Positions 9,407 through 21,219 are shown, numbered from the stretch's first letter. The stretch is DNA of 56,109 nucleotides from Smithella sp. (GCA_012797505.1 JAAZOZ010000159.1:1-56109); one strand, 5' to 3'. Numbers and translations: made by a program. The notes: generated by a model from the sequence alone, not told the origin.

Positions 9407-10741
9407 TCAGTGGGTGACGCCCATGGCTCTTTGCAGGCGGGCATAAGCGATATTGTAATCAGCCAGGGCATTGGCATACTCGGCCTTGGCTTTGGTCAGC
9501 AGGGTCTGCGCGTCGAGCACTTCCGTGGAACGCGCCACCCGCTCTTTGTAACGGGCTTCGGCAATGCGGAAATTCTCTTCGGCCTGTTCGATCACTTTTT
9601 TCGAAACGGCAATTTGGCTTTCGGCTTCCTGCAATGCCAGAAACGCGTTCTTGATCTCCAGGGAGATCTGATCGCTCAATTCCCGGGACTGATCCTGCGC
9701 CTGGTTTTCTCCGGCTTTTCCGGCATCCACGCGGTATTTCGTTTTGCCCCACTCCCAAAAATTCCAGTTGGCCACCGCCATCACCTGCCAGCTTTCCCGA
9801 TCCTTATACTGCGTGCCGGAAAGCGATGTCGAATCGCCGAACCGCCCGTAATTTCCAACCAGACTGACCGCTGGAAAATATTCGCTCTGCGCCGCGCGAA
9901 CCATTTTGCCCGCCTGTTCAATCTTGAGCGCGGACATTTTGAGTTCCGGACGGTGCTGCCTGGCTATCTCCAGGCATTCTTCAAACGATTGCCGCAGAGG
10001 CTGACAATCGAGCATATCGACCACCTCGACGGCGGTCCGTACGTCCCTCTTCAGGATCGTATTCAACCGCGCTTTGGTCGATTCAACGCCATTTTTCGCC
10101 TTCACCAGTGTCTGCCGGCCGTTGGCGAGCTCCACTTCCGCTTGCAGCATGTCGTTCTTGGGAATCAGACCGACCCGATAAAAATTTTCGGCCACATCGC
10201 AGTGGGCGGCAAGCATTTCCACCTGCTGTCTGGCCGTCTGTGTCAGCCTTTGCGTGCGCAAAACGTTGAAATAGGCGATCTTGACATCCTGGATGACATC
10301 CAGGGATTTGGCCGTCTGTTCGACGAGCGCCGTATCCTCGGCAATTTTGAAGGCCTGGTAGTTGGCCAGGATCCCGCCGCCAGCAAAAAGCGGCTGACGG
10401 GCCTCGATGCCCCAGTTGTAGTTGTCAATGGTTCCGGTAACCATGCGACCTGCGGGGATTCCGGCAAGTGGAAACCCCGGAAAGTAAAAGTTGGGCTCTT
10501 CATTGAGGCGGGTGTAACTGTAGGTCGTGCTGAATTTCGGCAAAAAACCGGTCAGGGCCTCCTTCCTCTGCGCCTGCGCGCCCTTGACCCCCTCTTTGGC
10601 GATGTCCAGCACATAGCTGTTCTTCAGCGCAATGGCAATGCTCTCCTCCAGGGTCAACGCCTGGGCGGATACCGCAGAGGGGGAAAACAGCAGAAAAACG
10701 GCCACGATAACTATCCGCAACCCCTGGCACTTCGTCGTCAT
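9407..10741 (-). CDS. TolC-family outer membrane efflux protein
   Basis: 444 aa from ATG 10741 (GGAG 8 nt upstream). Signal peptide ...SAVSAQA. Duplicated OEP repeats. Confidence 0.85.
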   Translation of the reverse strand: MTTKCQGLRIVIVAVFLLFSPSAVSAQALTLEESIAIALKNSYVLDIAKEGVKGAQAQRKEALTGFLPKFSTTYSYTRLNEEPNFYFPGFPLAGIPAGRMVTGTIDNYNWGIEARQPLFAGGGILANYQAFKIAEDTALVEQTAKSLDVIQDVKIAYFNVLRTQRLTQTARQQVEMLAAHCDVAENFYRVGLIPKNDMLQAEVELANGRQTLVKAKNGVESTKARLNTILKRDVRTAVEVVDMLDCQPLRQSFEECLEIARQHRPELKMSALKIEQAGKMVRAAQSEYFPAVSLVGNYGRFGDSTSLSGTQYKDRESWQVMAVANWNFWEWGKTKYRVDAGKAGENQAQDQSRELSDQISLEIKNAFLALQEAESQIAVSKKVIEQAEENFRIAEARYKERVARSTEVLDAQTLLTKAKAEYANALADYNIAYARLQRAMGVTH

Positions 10742-10830
10742 TATTTTTGCTCCATTTTCAAATTGATGCAACATTTAGTATATTTTCGACAAAAAAATAA
10801 GCATTAAAATGATTCTTCAGCAGGCGTGGA

Positions 10831-11313
10831 TCAAACGCGGACAACCTCTTCGATGATGCCGCCGCCCAATACTTCATCGGCTGTATAAAAACGACGGATT
10901 GCCCCGGCGTAATCGCTTCCTGGACCTGTGTGAAAACAACCCTCACCCTGACGTCTTCCGGGATGACGCGGCAGCGCGCCGAATTTCAGATGACGGTTGC
11001 AATCCACACAGGGATTCGGCGTCTGTCCGTTTTGACACTCACGGACGAATTGGCCGATCCCTCGCTGTTCCATCAGATCGGCAAAATCAAAAATCCGGTG
11101 GGGAATCCCGAGTCGTCCGCACACGCTTTGAGCGTCGGCGACAGATTCATTCGTAAAACGCCCGGCTTCGTCGCCTAACCGGTGAACGCCCAGCAGCATC
11201 GTCGCCCCGGCAACTGCATAACCCGCCTCCCGAAGCAGCAGCGCCGCGACAGACGAAACCGCCCCGCCGCTCATGGCCACCGGAATTTTTTTCTTTTCCA
11301 AAACGCTCCGCAT
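10831..11313 (-). pseudogene. mnmA: mnmA (tRNA 2-thiouridylase) remnant with large internal deletion and C-terminal frameshift
   Basis: N-terminal about 115 aa align to MnmA (PP-loop VAMSGGAVSS, NPCVDCNRHLKFGAL). They are then joined directly to C-terminal ...ADEVLGGGIIE. The preceding conserved ITPGQSVVF lies in another frame (ORF 10758-10946). Total 160 aa versus the roughly 350 expected. Confidence 0.65.
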
Positions 11314-11527
11314 GCCTCACCTTCAAAAGTGATTCTATTCTTTCCATGATATTCTCCCGCTTTGCAACTTTTTTTCAACAGGCGCTTTTCCATTCTTGCA
11401 ATTTCAAGGCAACCTTGCTATTCAAGTGCGTCAAAATTCTGACGGGTTGCCGTGACTTTTTACCGGACCGGAATGCTGCCCAAACGGATCGTTCTATTAG
11501 GAAAGACAGGAAATACGGGGGCTTGGA

Positions 11528-12772
11528 ATGGAGATTCACTTTCTTCTTTTTGTTTTGCTGCTGGCGGCGACGGCCATTATCAGTTTCGCCTACGCGATCT
11601 GGCGGGGCCGCAATGACCAACAGATCCTCCGCAGCATTCTGCAAAGCTCGCCGATTCCCACCTTTGTCATCTCCACCGACCGTAAAATCCTCTACTGGAA
11701 CCGCGCGCTGGAAGGGCTCTCCGGCATCCGGGCGGAGGAAGTCCTGGGCACCGACCAGCAATGGCGCGCGTTTTATTCTTCACCCCGGTCCTGCATGGCG
11801 GACCTCATCATCAGCAATAAAATCGATCATTCCTACTCTCTCTACGCCGGAAAAGTCACCAAGTCAAAGGTCCTGAAGTATGCCTATGAGGTGACGGAGT
11901 TTTTTCCGGATCTGGGGGAAAAGGGGAAATGGTTCCGGATCACCGCAACGAGCATCCGCGATTCCAGCGGCAAAACGTTCGGCGCCATGGAAACGCTGGA
12001 AGACATTACCGATCAGAAGACGGCGGAGGAAGAACTGCTCAAGCGGACCAAGCTGGAATCCCTGGGAACCTTCGCCGACGGCGTCGCCAAGGACTTTGAC
12101 AGCCTGCTGACCGCCATCCTGCGCAATGTTTTTCTGGCGAAAATTTCCGCGAGCGAAGAGGATAAAATTCTGGAAAACGGCCTGGCCGTCGCGGAGCGCG
12201 CGGGTTTGCAGGCCAAGGAGCTGGCGCACCGGCTCATCACCTTCGCACAGGGCGGCTACCCGGTCAAGAAAATTGAAAGGATCGGCGATCTGATCCGCGA
12301 GACCGTCCAGAAAACCCTGGCCGGATCGAAGGTAACCTGCGCTCCCGTGATTGCCGCCGACCTCTGGCCCGTGGAAGTGGACGCCCTGCAAATCAAACAG
12401 GTGATTGAGAATATGGTCACCAACGCGAAGGAGGCCATGCCCGAAGGCGGCCCCATGGAAGTGATCGCGGAAAACACCACGACCGGCACCAATATCCGGA
12501 CGCTCGGCGAGGGCAACTATGTCCGGATTGTCATTCGGGACAAGGGCGTCGGCATCCCCCGGGAGAACCTCTCCAAAATTTTCGATCCGTATTTTACGAC
12601 CAAAGAAAAGAAGGAGCGTGGCGGCATCGGCCTGGGGCTCGCCATCTGCGATTCCATCATCAAGTATCACAACGGGCTGATCAGCATGGAATCGACGGTC
12701 GGCGTCGGCACAACGTTTTTCATTTATCTGGCCGCCATGCCCAATGGTTCCCCAAAAAGCAACGTCAGCTAA
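11528..12772 (+). CDS. membrane-anchored PAS / histidine-kinase-like protein with substituted H-box histidine
   Basis: 414 aa. N-terminal TM, PAS (ILYWNRALEGLSGI). DHp-like LESLGTFADGVAKDFDSLL with Lys (12089-12091) where AHDFNN-type kinases have His. Intact N box (VTNAKEA), G1 (DKGVGIP), F (FDPYFTTK) and G2 (GGIGLGLAI). Confidence 0.8.
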   Translation: MEIHFLLFVLLLAATAIISFAYAIWRGRNDQQILRSILQSSPIPTFVISTDRKILYWNRALEGLSGIRAEEVLGTDQQWRAFYSSPRSCMADLIISNKIDHSYSLYAGKVTKSKVLKYAYEVTEFFPDLGEKGKWFRITATSIRDSSGKTFGAMETLEDITDQKTAEEELLKRTKLESLGTFADGVAKDFDSLLTAILRNVFLAKISASEEDKILENGLAVAERAGLQAKELAHRLITFAQGGYPVKKIERIGDLIRETVQKTLAGSKVTCAPVIAADLWPVEVDALQIKQVIENMVTNAKEAMPEGGPMEVIAENTTTGTNIRTLGEGNYVRIVIRDKGVGIPRENLSKIFDPYFTTKEKKERGGIGLGLAICDSIIKYHNGLISMESTVGVGTTFFIYLAAMPNGSPKSNVS

Positions 12773-12963
12773 TTAGACCTCTCGTGTTCCTTCTTGACGC
12801 CGTCGAGCAGTTCCTCAATATGGCGCAGCCGCTCCTGAAACGTGGCAATGCCCAGCGCCGACTCCCGGGGATGAAGATTTTCAATCTCGGCAAGCCGGTT
12901 GCGCAGATGCAAAATGATTTCCTCCGCCAGACAAAACAGCAGAGCGCGCTCAGATCTGGTCAT
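12769..12963 (-). CDS. small hypothetical protein (64 aa), helical
   Basis: ORF starts 15 nt downstream of the kinase-like gene on the same strand. No homology recognised. Confidence 0.3.
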   Translation of the reverse strand: MTRSERALLFCLAEEIILHLRNRLAEIENLHPRESALGIATFQERLRHIEELLDGVKKEHERSN

Positions 12964-12978
12964 GACCCGAATACCCTC

Positions 12979-13776
12979 CTATTCCTGCTGCATGGACTTC
13001 CGGAGCAGAAATGCCTTCTTAATGGACTCCGCCGCACTTTCAATGCTGACTTTATCCGTATTGACCATCATGTCATAATGCTTCGGATCGTTAATATCTT
13101 CCTTGAAGTAATTTTTAATAAAGCCCACCTGATATTCATCATACTTGCGCACATATTCCAGTGCCTCCGCTTTCGACATGTGGCGATCCCGCATCACTTT
13201 CTCCACACGCGCTTCCTCCGGCGCGATGATCCGCACGCGAAAGGCCTTGTCTTTCAAAATAAAGCTTCCGCCGCGGCCGATGATAATAACATTGCCGTGT
13301 TCCGCGTTCGTGTGCATCACCATCGACAAATGCCGGAGGTATTCATTGGGCCAGATATGCCGCGATTCAAAGAAGGAACTGATCAGGCTGTCGAAAAACG
13401 AGATGCTTTTTTCGTCCAGCGATTTGATCACCTTTTCGCTCATGTGCGCGCTTTCGGCGACTTTATGAATCAATTCGCTTCCCACGATGTTCATTTTCAG
13501 CTCCGTGGCCAGAATCCGGGAAATGAAGCCCCCTCCCGCTCCCGTTTCGCTGGACAGCGTAATGACATGCCCCGGTTTTTCCTTTTTGTCCCGCTGCCAG
13601 CGCATGACCTGGTCTTCCACCAGTTTGTCAACATCCTTATCCCGCAATTTGATATCCCGGGTATAATCGGGGCAATTGACATCAAACAGGGCATTGGTTT
13701 TCACCCGATACCGCTTGGTGCAGTTTTCGCGCCACGCGCAGATCACGCAAATTCTTTTGTCCGATCCTGTTGACAT
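12979..13776 (-). CDS. cytidylate-kinase-like family protein with Cys-rich N-terminal extension
   Basis: 265 aa. N-terminal CVICAWRENC...NCPDY. P-loop-like SSETGAGGGFISRILA. RBS GGGGGAG upstream of the ATG. Confidence 0.65.
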   Translation of the reverse strand: MSTGSDKRICVICAWRENCTKRYRVKTNALFDVNCPDYTRDIKLRDKDVDKLVEDQVMRWQRDKKEKPGHVITLSSETGAGGGFISRILATELKMNIVGSELIHKVAESAHMSEKVIKSLDEKSISFFDSLISSFFESRHIWPNEYLRHLSMVMHTNAEHGNVIIIGRGGSFILKDKAFRVRIIAPEEARVEKVMRDRHMSKAEALEYVRKYDEYQVGFIKNYFKEDINDPKHYDMMVNTDKVSIESAAESIKKAFLLRKSMQQE

Positions 13777-13803
13777 GCGCCACTCCCCCTTTCTCGTTTG
13801 ATG

Positions 13804-14694
13804 TTATGACGCCTCTTCCTGCAGCGCCTCAAATCCGGCAACAATATCAAGAAGCTCTTCGGTAATCGTCATCTGGCGGGTGCGGTGGAACTGCACGTGC
13901 AGATCCAGCAACTGCTCTTCAATATTCTTCTCGGCGTTCTGCATGGACGCCAGGCGGCTGGCGTTCTCGCTGGCCAGCGACTCGGCGAAGGCCCGGTACA
14001 GCGACACGAACAAATACTCGCGGATCAGCGACGAAAAGATCTTGTCGCCGTCCATCCGGAAGATCGGCAGAGATTTGGATTCCCATTTTTTCCTGGCGAT
14101 CTGTTTGAGCCAGGCCTCATCCACCGGCAAAAGCTGCAGCATGTGGGGGTGGTACGTCGCTCCGGTCAGGTATTCATTATAAAAAAGAAAGAAATGATCG
14201 ACGTTGCCGCGAAAATGCCACTCATCGATAATCATAATAATTTCCTGCACCAGCGGCGTAATGCCCGCCGTGGAGCCGGGAGTCGAAAGCAGCTCATCCA
14301 CCGTCTGTCCGGCGTCTTCCACATAGTCCGCCACGCGCGCGCCGACCGAAAGAACTTTGCGGTTTTCTTTTTTCACGCCCGTGCTTTTGATATGATCCAG
14401 CGCGAATGTGGAAATCTGCTCATTGAGCTGTCCGCACAGTCCCTGGTCGGATCCGAACACGATCACGCCGAGACGTTTGATGGGAACGTTCTTCCGCTTC
14501 ATCGTCGCGCCCATGCGCTCCTTGAGCACGATCTGCAGGCCCATTTCCACCGTGCGGTTGTAATCACGCAGCGAATCGACGGCCCGCTGGTACTGGCGGA
14601 TGCTCACGGCAGCCAGGGCTTTCATCGTCTTGACGACGGATAAAAGGTCCCCGGCGCTTTTCATTCTCCTTTTCAGCGACTCAGTTGTTTGCAT
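13804..14694 (-). CDS. atpG: ATP synthase gamma subunit (N-ATPase operon)
   Basis: Gamma-like N-terminus ([25 protein letters not shown]) and C-terminus ([15 protein letters not shown]). Start placed at ATG 14694 (GAGGAA 6 nt upstream); the ORF track starts at 14715. Confidence 0.85.
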   Translation of the reverse strand: MQTTESLKRRMKSAGDLLSVVKTMKALAAVSIRQYQRAVDSLRDYNRTVEMGLQIVLKERMGATMKRKNVPIKRLGVIVFGSDQGLCGQLNEQISTFALDHIKSTGVKKENRKVLSVGARVADYVEDAGQTVDELLSTPGSTAGITPLVQEIIMIIDEWHFRGNVDHFFLFYNEYLTGATYHPHMLQLLPVDEAWLKQIARKKWESKSLPIFRMDGDKIFSSLIREYLFVSLYRAFAESLASENASRLASMQNAEKNIEEQLLDLHVQFHRTRQMTITEELLDIVAGFEALQEEAS

Positions 14695-16249
14695 GGGCTT
14701 CCTCAATCTCTTCAAACGGAGCGATCGTCGGTTTGATTTTGTTCATGATGCTGTCGCGGTCCGTCATATCCATCTTTTTGCCTTCTTCAATCCGCGTGCA
14801 CAATTCCGGAAGCTGTTCGTTGACCGTTTCCAGCAGGCGCGCCTCCACCTCGCGGATCTTTTCCGTCGGAACGAGATCCAGGGCGCCTCCGGTTACGGAA
14901 AGAAGAGAGGCAATCTGTTCGGAGGCCCGCAACGGCTTGAACTGGCCCTGTTTCAGGATTTCACGGACGCGCCAGCCGCGCTCCAGCGTCCGCCGCGTGG
15001 CGTCGTCGAGTCTTGTGCCGAACCGGGAGAAGGACTCCAGTTCTTCAAACTGCGAGTAGGACAGACGCAGATCGCCCGCCACGGATCGGTATGCGGGAAG
15101 CTGTGTCTTGCCGCCGACGCGGGAAACGGACTTGCCGACGTCCACCGCCGGCAGAATCCCTTTGCTGAAGAGCACCGGCGAAAGATAAATCTGCCCGTCC
15201 GTAATGGAAATCAGATTGGTGGGAATATAAGACGACATGTCCTGGGCTTCCGTTTCCGTGATGGGAAGCGACGTCAGCGACCCGCCGCCCAGTTCCGGCC
15301 GCATATGCGTGGAGCGCTCCAAGAGCCGTGAGTGAATATAAAAGATATCGCCGGGAAACGCTTCTCTTCCGGGGGGCCGCCGCAAAAGCAGCGACACTTC
15401 GCGGTACGCCCGCGCATGGGAGGTCAGATCATCATAGACAATCAAAACATCCCGGCCCTGCTCCACAAAATATTCCCCCATGCTGGTCGCCGCATAGGGA
15501 GCAATAAACTGCAGGCCCGGTGTGTCTTCGCCGGTGGCCACCACCACGATGCAGGATTTCATCACCCCGTGATCGCGCAGTTCGGCGATCACCTTGGCGA
15601 CATCGGCGCTTTTCTTGCCGGTCGCGCAATAAATGGAGATGATTCCGGTTTCTTTCTGATTAATGATGGTATCGACGGCAATCGCTGTTTTGCCGGTCAT
15701 TCTGTCGCCCAGAATCAACTCGCGCTGGCCCCGCCCGACGGGAATGAGCGCGTCAATCACCTTAATGCCGGTCTGCAGCGGCACCGTCACCGGGGCGCGG
15801 TCCATCACCGCGGGCGCGGGCCGCTCCACCGGCAGGCGCATGACGGTGTTCACTTCCCCCAGGCCGTCCAGCGGACGTCCCAGCGGATCGACCACCCGCC
15901 CCAGCAGGCCGTCGCCCACCGGAACATCCAGGACGCGCTTGGTGCGCTGCACTTCCGAACCCACCTGGATATTTTCACTGGGATCCAGAAGAATCACGCC
16001 GATTTCCTTGGGATCGATGTTGAACACCAGCCCCATGTAATTGCCGGAAAATCGCACCAGTTCCTCCGCGCGGATATGCGGCAGACCGCTGACCCGGGCG
16101 ATGTCCCGGCCGACAAACTGCACGGTGCCGATTTCGTATTGTCTCAGTTCAGGATTCTGCTCTTCCAAAACCTTTTCCATGGTATCGAACGTGTCGTCCA
16201 GAAAGGTTTTCAGCTCCTGACTTTCCACTTGGCTCACCTCTTGATTCAT
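14681..16249 (-). CDS. atpA: ATP synthase alpha subunit
   Basis: 522 aa. Walker A GDRMTGKT. Strong F1-alpha similarity throughout. Confidence 0.95.
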   Translation of the reverse strand: MNQEVSQVESQELKTFLDDTFDTMEKVLEEQNPELRQYEIGTVQFVGRDIARVSGLPHIRAEELVRFSGNYMGLVFNIDPKEIGVILLDPSENIQVGSEVQRTKRVLDVPVGDGLLGRVVDPLGRPLDGLGEVNTVMRLPVERPAPAVMDRAPVTVPLQTGIKVIDALIPVGRGQRELILGDRMTGKTAIAVDTIINQKETGIISIYCATGKKSADVAKVIAELRDHGVMKSCIVVVATGEDTPGLQFIAPYAATSMGEYFVEQGRDVLIVYDDLTSHARAYREVSLLLRRPPGREAFPGDIFYIHSRLLERSTHMRPELGGGSLTSLPITETEAQDMSSYIPTNLISITDGQIYLSPVLFSKGILPAVDVGKSVSRVGGKTQLPAYRSVAGDLRLSYSQFEELESFSRFGTRLDDATRRTLERGWRVREILKQGQFKPLRASEQIASLLSVTGGALDLVPTEKIREVEARLLETVNEQLPELCTRIEEGKKMDMTDRDSIMNKIKPTIAPFEEIEEAHANN

Positions 16250-16309
16250 TCTACGCCTCCTGACATCCTTCCAGACTTCAGCCTTCGGCCTTCCGGTCGA
16301 TAAACCTTT

Positions 16310-17080
16310 CTATGCCGCATGCGCTTCTTTCTGGAGCGTTTCCGTCAAACTCTCCACCAGGGTTTCCAGATATTCGTTCAGGCTCCAGGCGATTTTATGG
16401 CCGTTGACCCGCATTTCAATGCCCGAAACAATATCCGGTTCTTGCAGATAACGGATGGTAAATCCGTTGGTGATCTGCTTCTTCAGGACTTCTTCAATCT
16501 GCGTCTGCCTCGGGGCAGGAATGCCGAAAGCGCTCTGGATCGTCACCCGGTTTCCTCCGCCGCTGATCGCCTTGCGCAGCTGAGTGCTTTTTTCCTCGTC
16601 CAGCGACTGCACCCGGCGGAGGAATTCCTCGACGATTCTCTCCTCCAGATCGGCGTCCGCCAGATCGGAAAGGGCTTTGCGCGCCGTGGCGTACAACTGC
16701 TTGGCCGCTCGCTGACGCAAATCATAGAAAAAGGCGTCCTGCTCCCGGATCAGCATGTCCTGCCAGCGCGCTTTGACCGCATCCACTTCCACGCGCACTT
16801 TTTCCATCAGCTCTTTGCGTTTGGCTTCCGCCGCCAGCGTCGCCTCGTTGAGCATGGTTTCTTTTTTCTCATTGAGGCTCTGATTGCGCTTTTCGTAGAG
16901 CAGGGCTTCTTCTTCCGCTTTCGTCTTCAGCTCATCCGCTTCGGCGAAGCGCGCGGCGATTTTCGCCTCCCGGTCATCCATGGCCTTGATAATCCGCCCG
17001 TAGAGAAAGCGTTTCAGCAGATACATCAGCAGGAGGAAATTGAAGATTTGCGCTAAAAATACAAACCAGTCGATATGCAT
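16310..17080 (-). CDS. atpF: ATP synthase b subunit with delta(OSCP)-like C-terminal domain
   Basis: 256 aa. N-terminal TM (MHIDWFVFLAQIFNFLLLMYLL) and a long charged coiled coil. The C-terminal about 90 aa (VTIQSAFGIPAPRQTQIEEVLKKQ...DIVSGIEMRVNGHKIAWSLNEYLETL) follow the delta C-terminal pattern. Confidence 0.8.
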   Translation of the reverse strand: MHIDWFVFLAQIFNFLLLMYLLKRFLYGRIIKAMDDREAKIAARFAEADELKTKAEEEALLYEKRNQSLNEKKETMLNEATLAAEAKRKELMEKVRVEVDAVKARWQDMLIREQDAFFYDLRQRAAKQLYATARKALSDLADADLEERIVEEFLRRVQSLDEEKSTQLRKAISGGGNRVTIQSAFGIPAPRQTQIEEVLKKQITNGFTIRYLQEPDIVSGIEMRVNGHKIAWSLNEYLETLVESLTETLQKEAHAA

Positions 17081-17091
17081 GGTTTATCCCC

Positions 17092-17358
17092 CTACTTGAT
17101 AATGAAACCCCAGAACGGATTGGCGAAAATCAGAATCATGGAAATCACGAAACAGTAAATGGCAATGGATTCAATCATGGCCAAACCGACAAATAATGTT
17201 CGCGTTAAGGAATTCCTCTCATCCGGCTGCTGGGCAATCGCGGCCAGCGCCTGGGCGATTGCCTGTCCCATGCCCAGTCCGGGACCGATCGAACCGATCC
17301 CCATTGCCAAACCCGCACCGATAATCGAGGCCATCGCGACGAGACTTACGTTGTCCAT
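17092..17358 (-). CDS. atpE: ATP synthase c subunit
   Basis: 88 aa from ATG 17358 (GGAGGAG upstream). Helical hairpin with loop QQPD and helix-2 carboxylate in MIESIAIY. Confidence 0.9.
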   Translation of the reverse strand: MDNVSLVAMASIIGAGLAMGIGSIGPGLGMGQAIAQALAAIAQQPDERNSLTRTLFVGLAMIESIAIYCFVISMILIFANPFWGFIIK

Positions 17359-17386
17359 ACATACTCCTCCTTTTATTTCAATTTTA

Positions 17387-18115
17387 TCAGGCTGCAGAGC
17401 CCTCTTTTTTGGCTTCCGTGTGATGTGCTTCCTCCTCGGCGGAAAGCGCCGAGGCAATATAGACCAGGGAAAGAATGGCGAAAATGTAGGCCTGAATCAC
17501 GCCGATCAGGAGCCCCAGAATCTGCATCACGACCGGGAACAGAAAAGGCGTGACCGCCAGCAATATGCCAATGACTTTTTCATGACTCATAATATTGCCG
17601 AAAAGACGAACGGTGAGCGCCAGTGTTCTGGACAATTCGCCCATGACATGAAACGGAAAGAAAATAAAAGTCGGCTGAAAATATTCCTTGACGTAATGCA
17701 GAATGCCGTTCCGGGATATCCCGTAGTACGGAACGGCAATGAAGACACAGGTCGCCAGCGCCGCAGTGGTTGTTATGGAAGACGTCGGCGCGACATATCC
17801 CGGCACCACCGCCAGCACATTGGAAGTGCAAATGAACAGAAAGAGCGTGCCGATCAGTGGGACATAACTGTCCGCCCCCTTCTTGGTCATTTCACTGATT
17901 TCCCCGCGCACGACGGAAATCACGACCTCCAGGAAGTGCTGCCAGCGCGACACATTCATTTCGGAAGAAAGATTGCGGGTGACCAGAATGGAGCCCCCGA
18001 CCAGAATGGCCATCACAAGCCAAGTGTAAAGGATGGTCACGTTGATGGTGATGAAGCTCCAGCTCCAGAGCACGACCTGATCGGGGCTGATTTGACTTAA
18101 CTGGACGATTTCCAT
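17387..18115 (-). CDS. atpB: ATP synthase a subunit
   Basis: 242 aa polytopic protein. Conserved Arg region LSRTLALTVRLFGNIMSHE. Confidence 0.9.
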   Translation of the reverse strand: MEIVQLSQISPDQVVLWSWSFITINVTILYTWLVMAILVGGSILVTRNLSSEMNVSRWQHFLEVVISVVRGEISEMTKKGADSYVPLIGTLFLFICTSNVLAVVPGYVAPTSSITTTAALATCVFIAVPYYGISRNGILHYVKEYFQPTFIFFPFHVMGELSRTLALTVRLFGNIMSHEKVIGILLAVTPFLFPVVMQILGLLIGVIQAYIFAILSLVYIASALSAEEEAHHTEAKKEGSAA

Positions 18116-18151
18116 AGAATCTCCTTCAACGGTTGATCAAAAACCTTTGCA

Positions 18152-18454
18152 TCACTCCTGTATTGCTTCCGCCGTCTTTTGCGGACACAGACGAACCGTC
18201 AGAATTTTGCGCATCACCACGAAACCGATCAGGGCTGCGGCCAGCCTTTCCCAGCGGCCGTCTTGAAGCAAAAAGTAAAACACGGCCAAAAGGACGGACA
18301 GGCGCGCCAGCAGGCTGACCAGCAACAGGCGGGCGCGGCTTTCCGTTTGAGGCAGCCTCTTCACGGTCTGCCACAAGCCGACGAAATAGAGAGCGCCCAG
18401 GGCCATTCCCGCGGCAAACATTAAAACAAGCATCCCCATGGCGTTTAGCGTCAT
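18152..18454 (-). CDS. atpR: N-ATPase accessory membrane protein AtpR
   Basis: About 100 aa with hydrophobic helices, sitting between atpQ and atpB as in described N-ATPase operons. ATG 18454 lies 1 nt after the atpQ stop. Confidence 0.6.
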   Translation of the reverse strand: MTLNAMGMLVLMFAAGMALGALYFVGLWQTVKRLPQTESRARLLLVSLLARLSVLLAVFYFLLQDGRWERLAAALIGFVVMRKILTVRLCPQKTAEAIQE

Positions 18455-18455
18455 G

Positions 18456-18785
18456 TCATTCCTCTTCAATGATCCGGCTGCGAATTTTTCGAACCCAATA
18501 GGCTGCGTTGATGCAGCCGACGATCACACCGGCCACCAGCCCCATCAGCGCCCACGAATACTGGCTGGGCCACGTCCGATCGATCCAAAGCCCCAAGGCT
18601 ACGCCAATCAGCGTGGGAATCGCCACCGCCCATCCGACAATGCCGAACATCCCCAGACCGAACCAGACCGTTTCATTTTTATGTTTGAGACCCTTGATGC
18701 GCAGCGCCTCCCGCTGGGCGACCTTTTCCGCAAAGTGATCCGCCATCTGCCGGCGCCGGTTGGTGGTTCGTCGTATTTCAACCAT
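18456..18785 (-). CDS. atpQ: N-ATPase AtpQ (AtpI/AtpZ-like small membrane protein)
   Basis: 109 aa from ATG 18785 (AAGGGAG upstream). FGLGMFGIVGWAVAIPTLIGVALGLWIDR is typical of the AtpI/Z family. Confidence 0.6.
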   Translation of the reverse strand: MVEIRRTTNRRRQMADHFAEKVAQREALRIKGLKHKNETVWFGLGMFGIVGWAVAIPTLIGVALGLWIDRTWPSQYSWALMGLVAGVIVGCINAAYWVRKIRSRIIEEE

Positions 18786-18803
18786 GTTTTTACTCCCTTG
18801 TTC

Positions 18804-18861
18804 GGTGCGTTCGGGGAACGCGCCCTGCCATGATTTCATCGGCGCGTTCGGGGAACGCGCC

Positions 18862-18863
<2 letters not shown>
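18804..18863 (-). repeat. two tandem copies of a 23-nt GC-rich hairpin element in the atpC-atpQ intercistronic gap
   Basis: GGTGCGTTCGGGGAACGCGCCCT (18804-18826) and GGCGCGTTCGGGGAACGCGCCCT (18841-18863), 22 of 23 identical. Each folds as a 9-bp stem GGCGCGTTC/GAACGCGCC. Confidence 0.85.
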
Positions 18864-21089
<2,226 letters not shown>

Positions 21090-21203
21090 AAGCTTTCTCC
21101 TTCGTGCTTCTGGGGGAACCGGCAAACTCCCGCCGCTTTCCTCATGAAGATGCTGCATGACTGCGGATCAAAGAACGGACTGCTTCACTGGTCTGAACAA
21201 CAG

Positions 21204-21219
21204 AGCAACAGACATGCCA
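21204..21219 (-). promoter_or_regulatory. sigma54 (-24/-12) promoter candidate
   Basis: Minus strand reads TGGCATGTCTGTTGCT, against consensus TGGCAC-N5-TTGCW. It lies about 115 nt upstream of ATG 21089. Confidence 0.55.
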
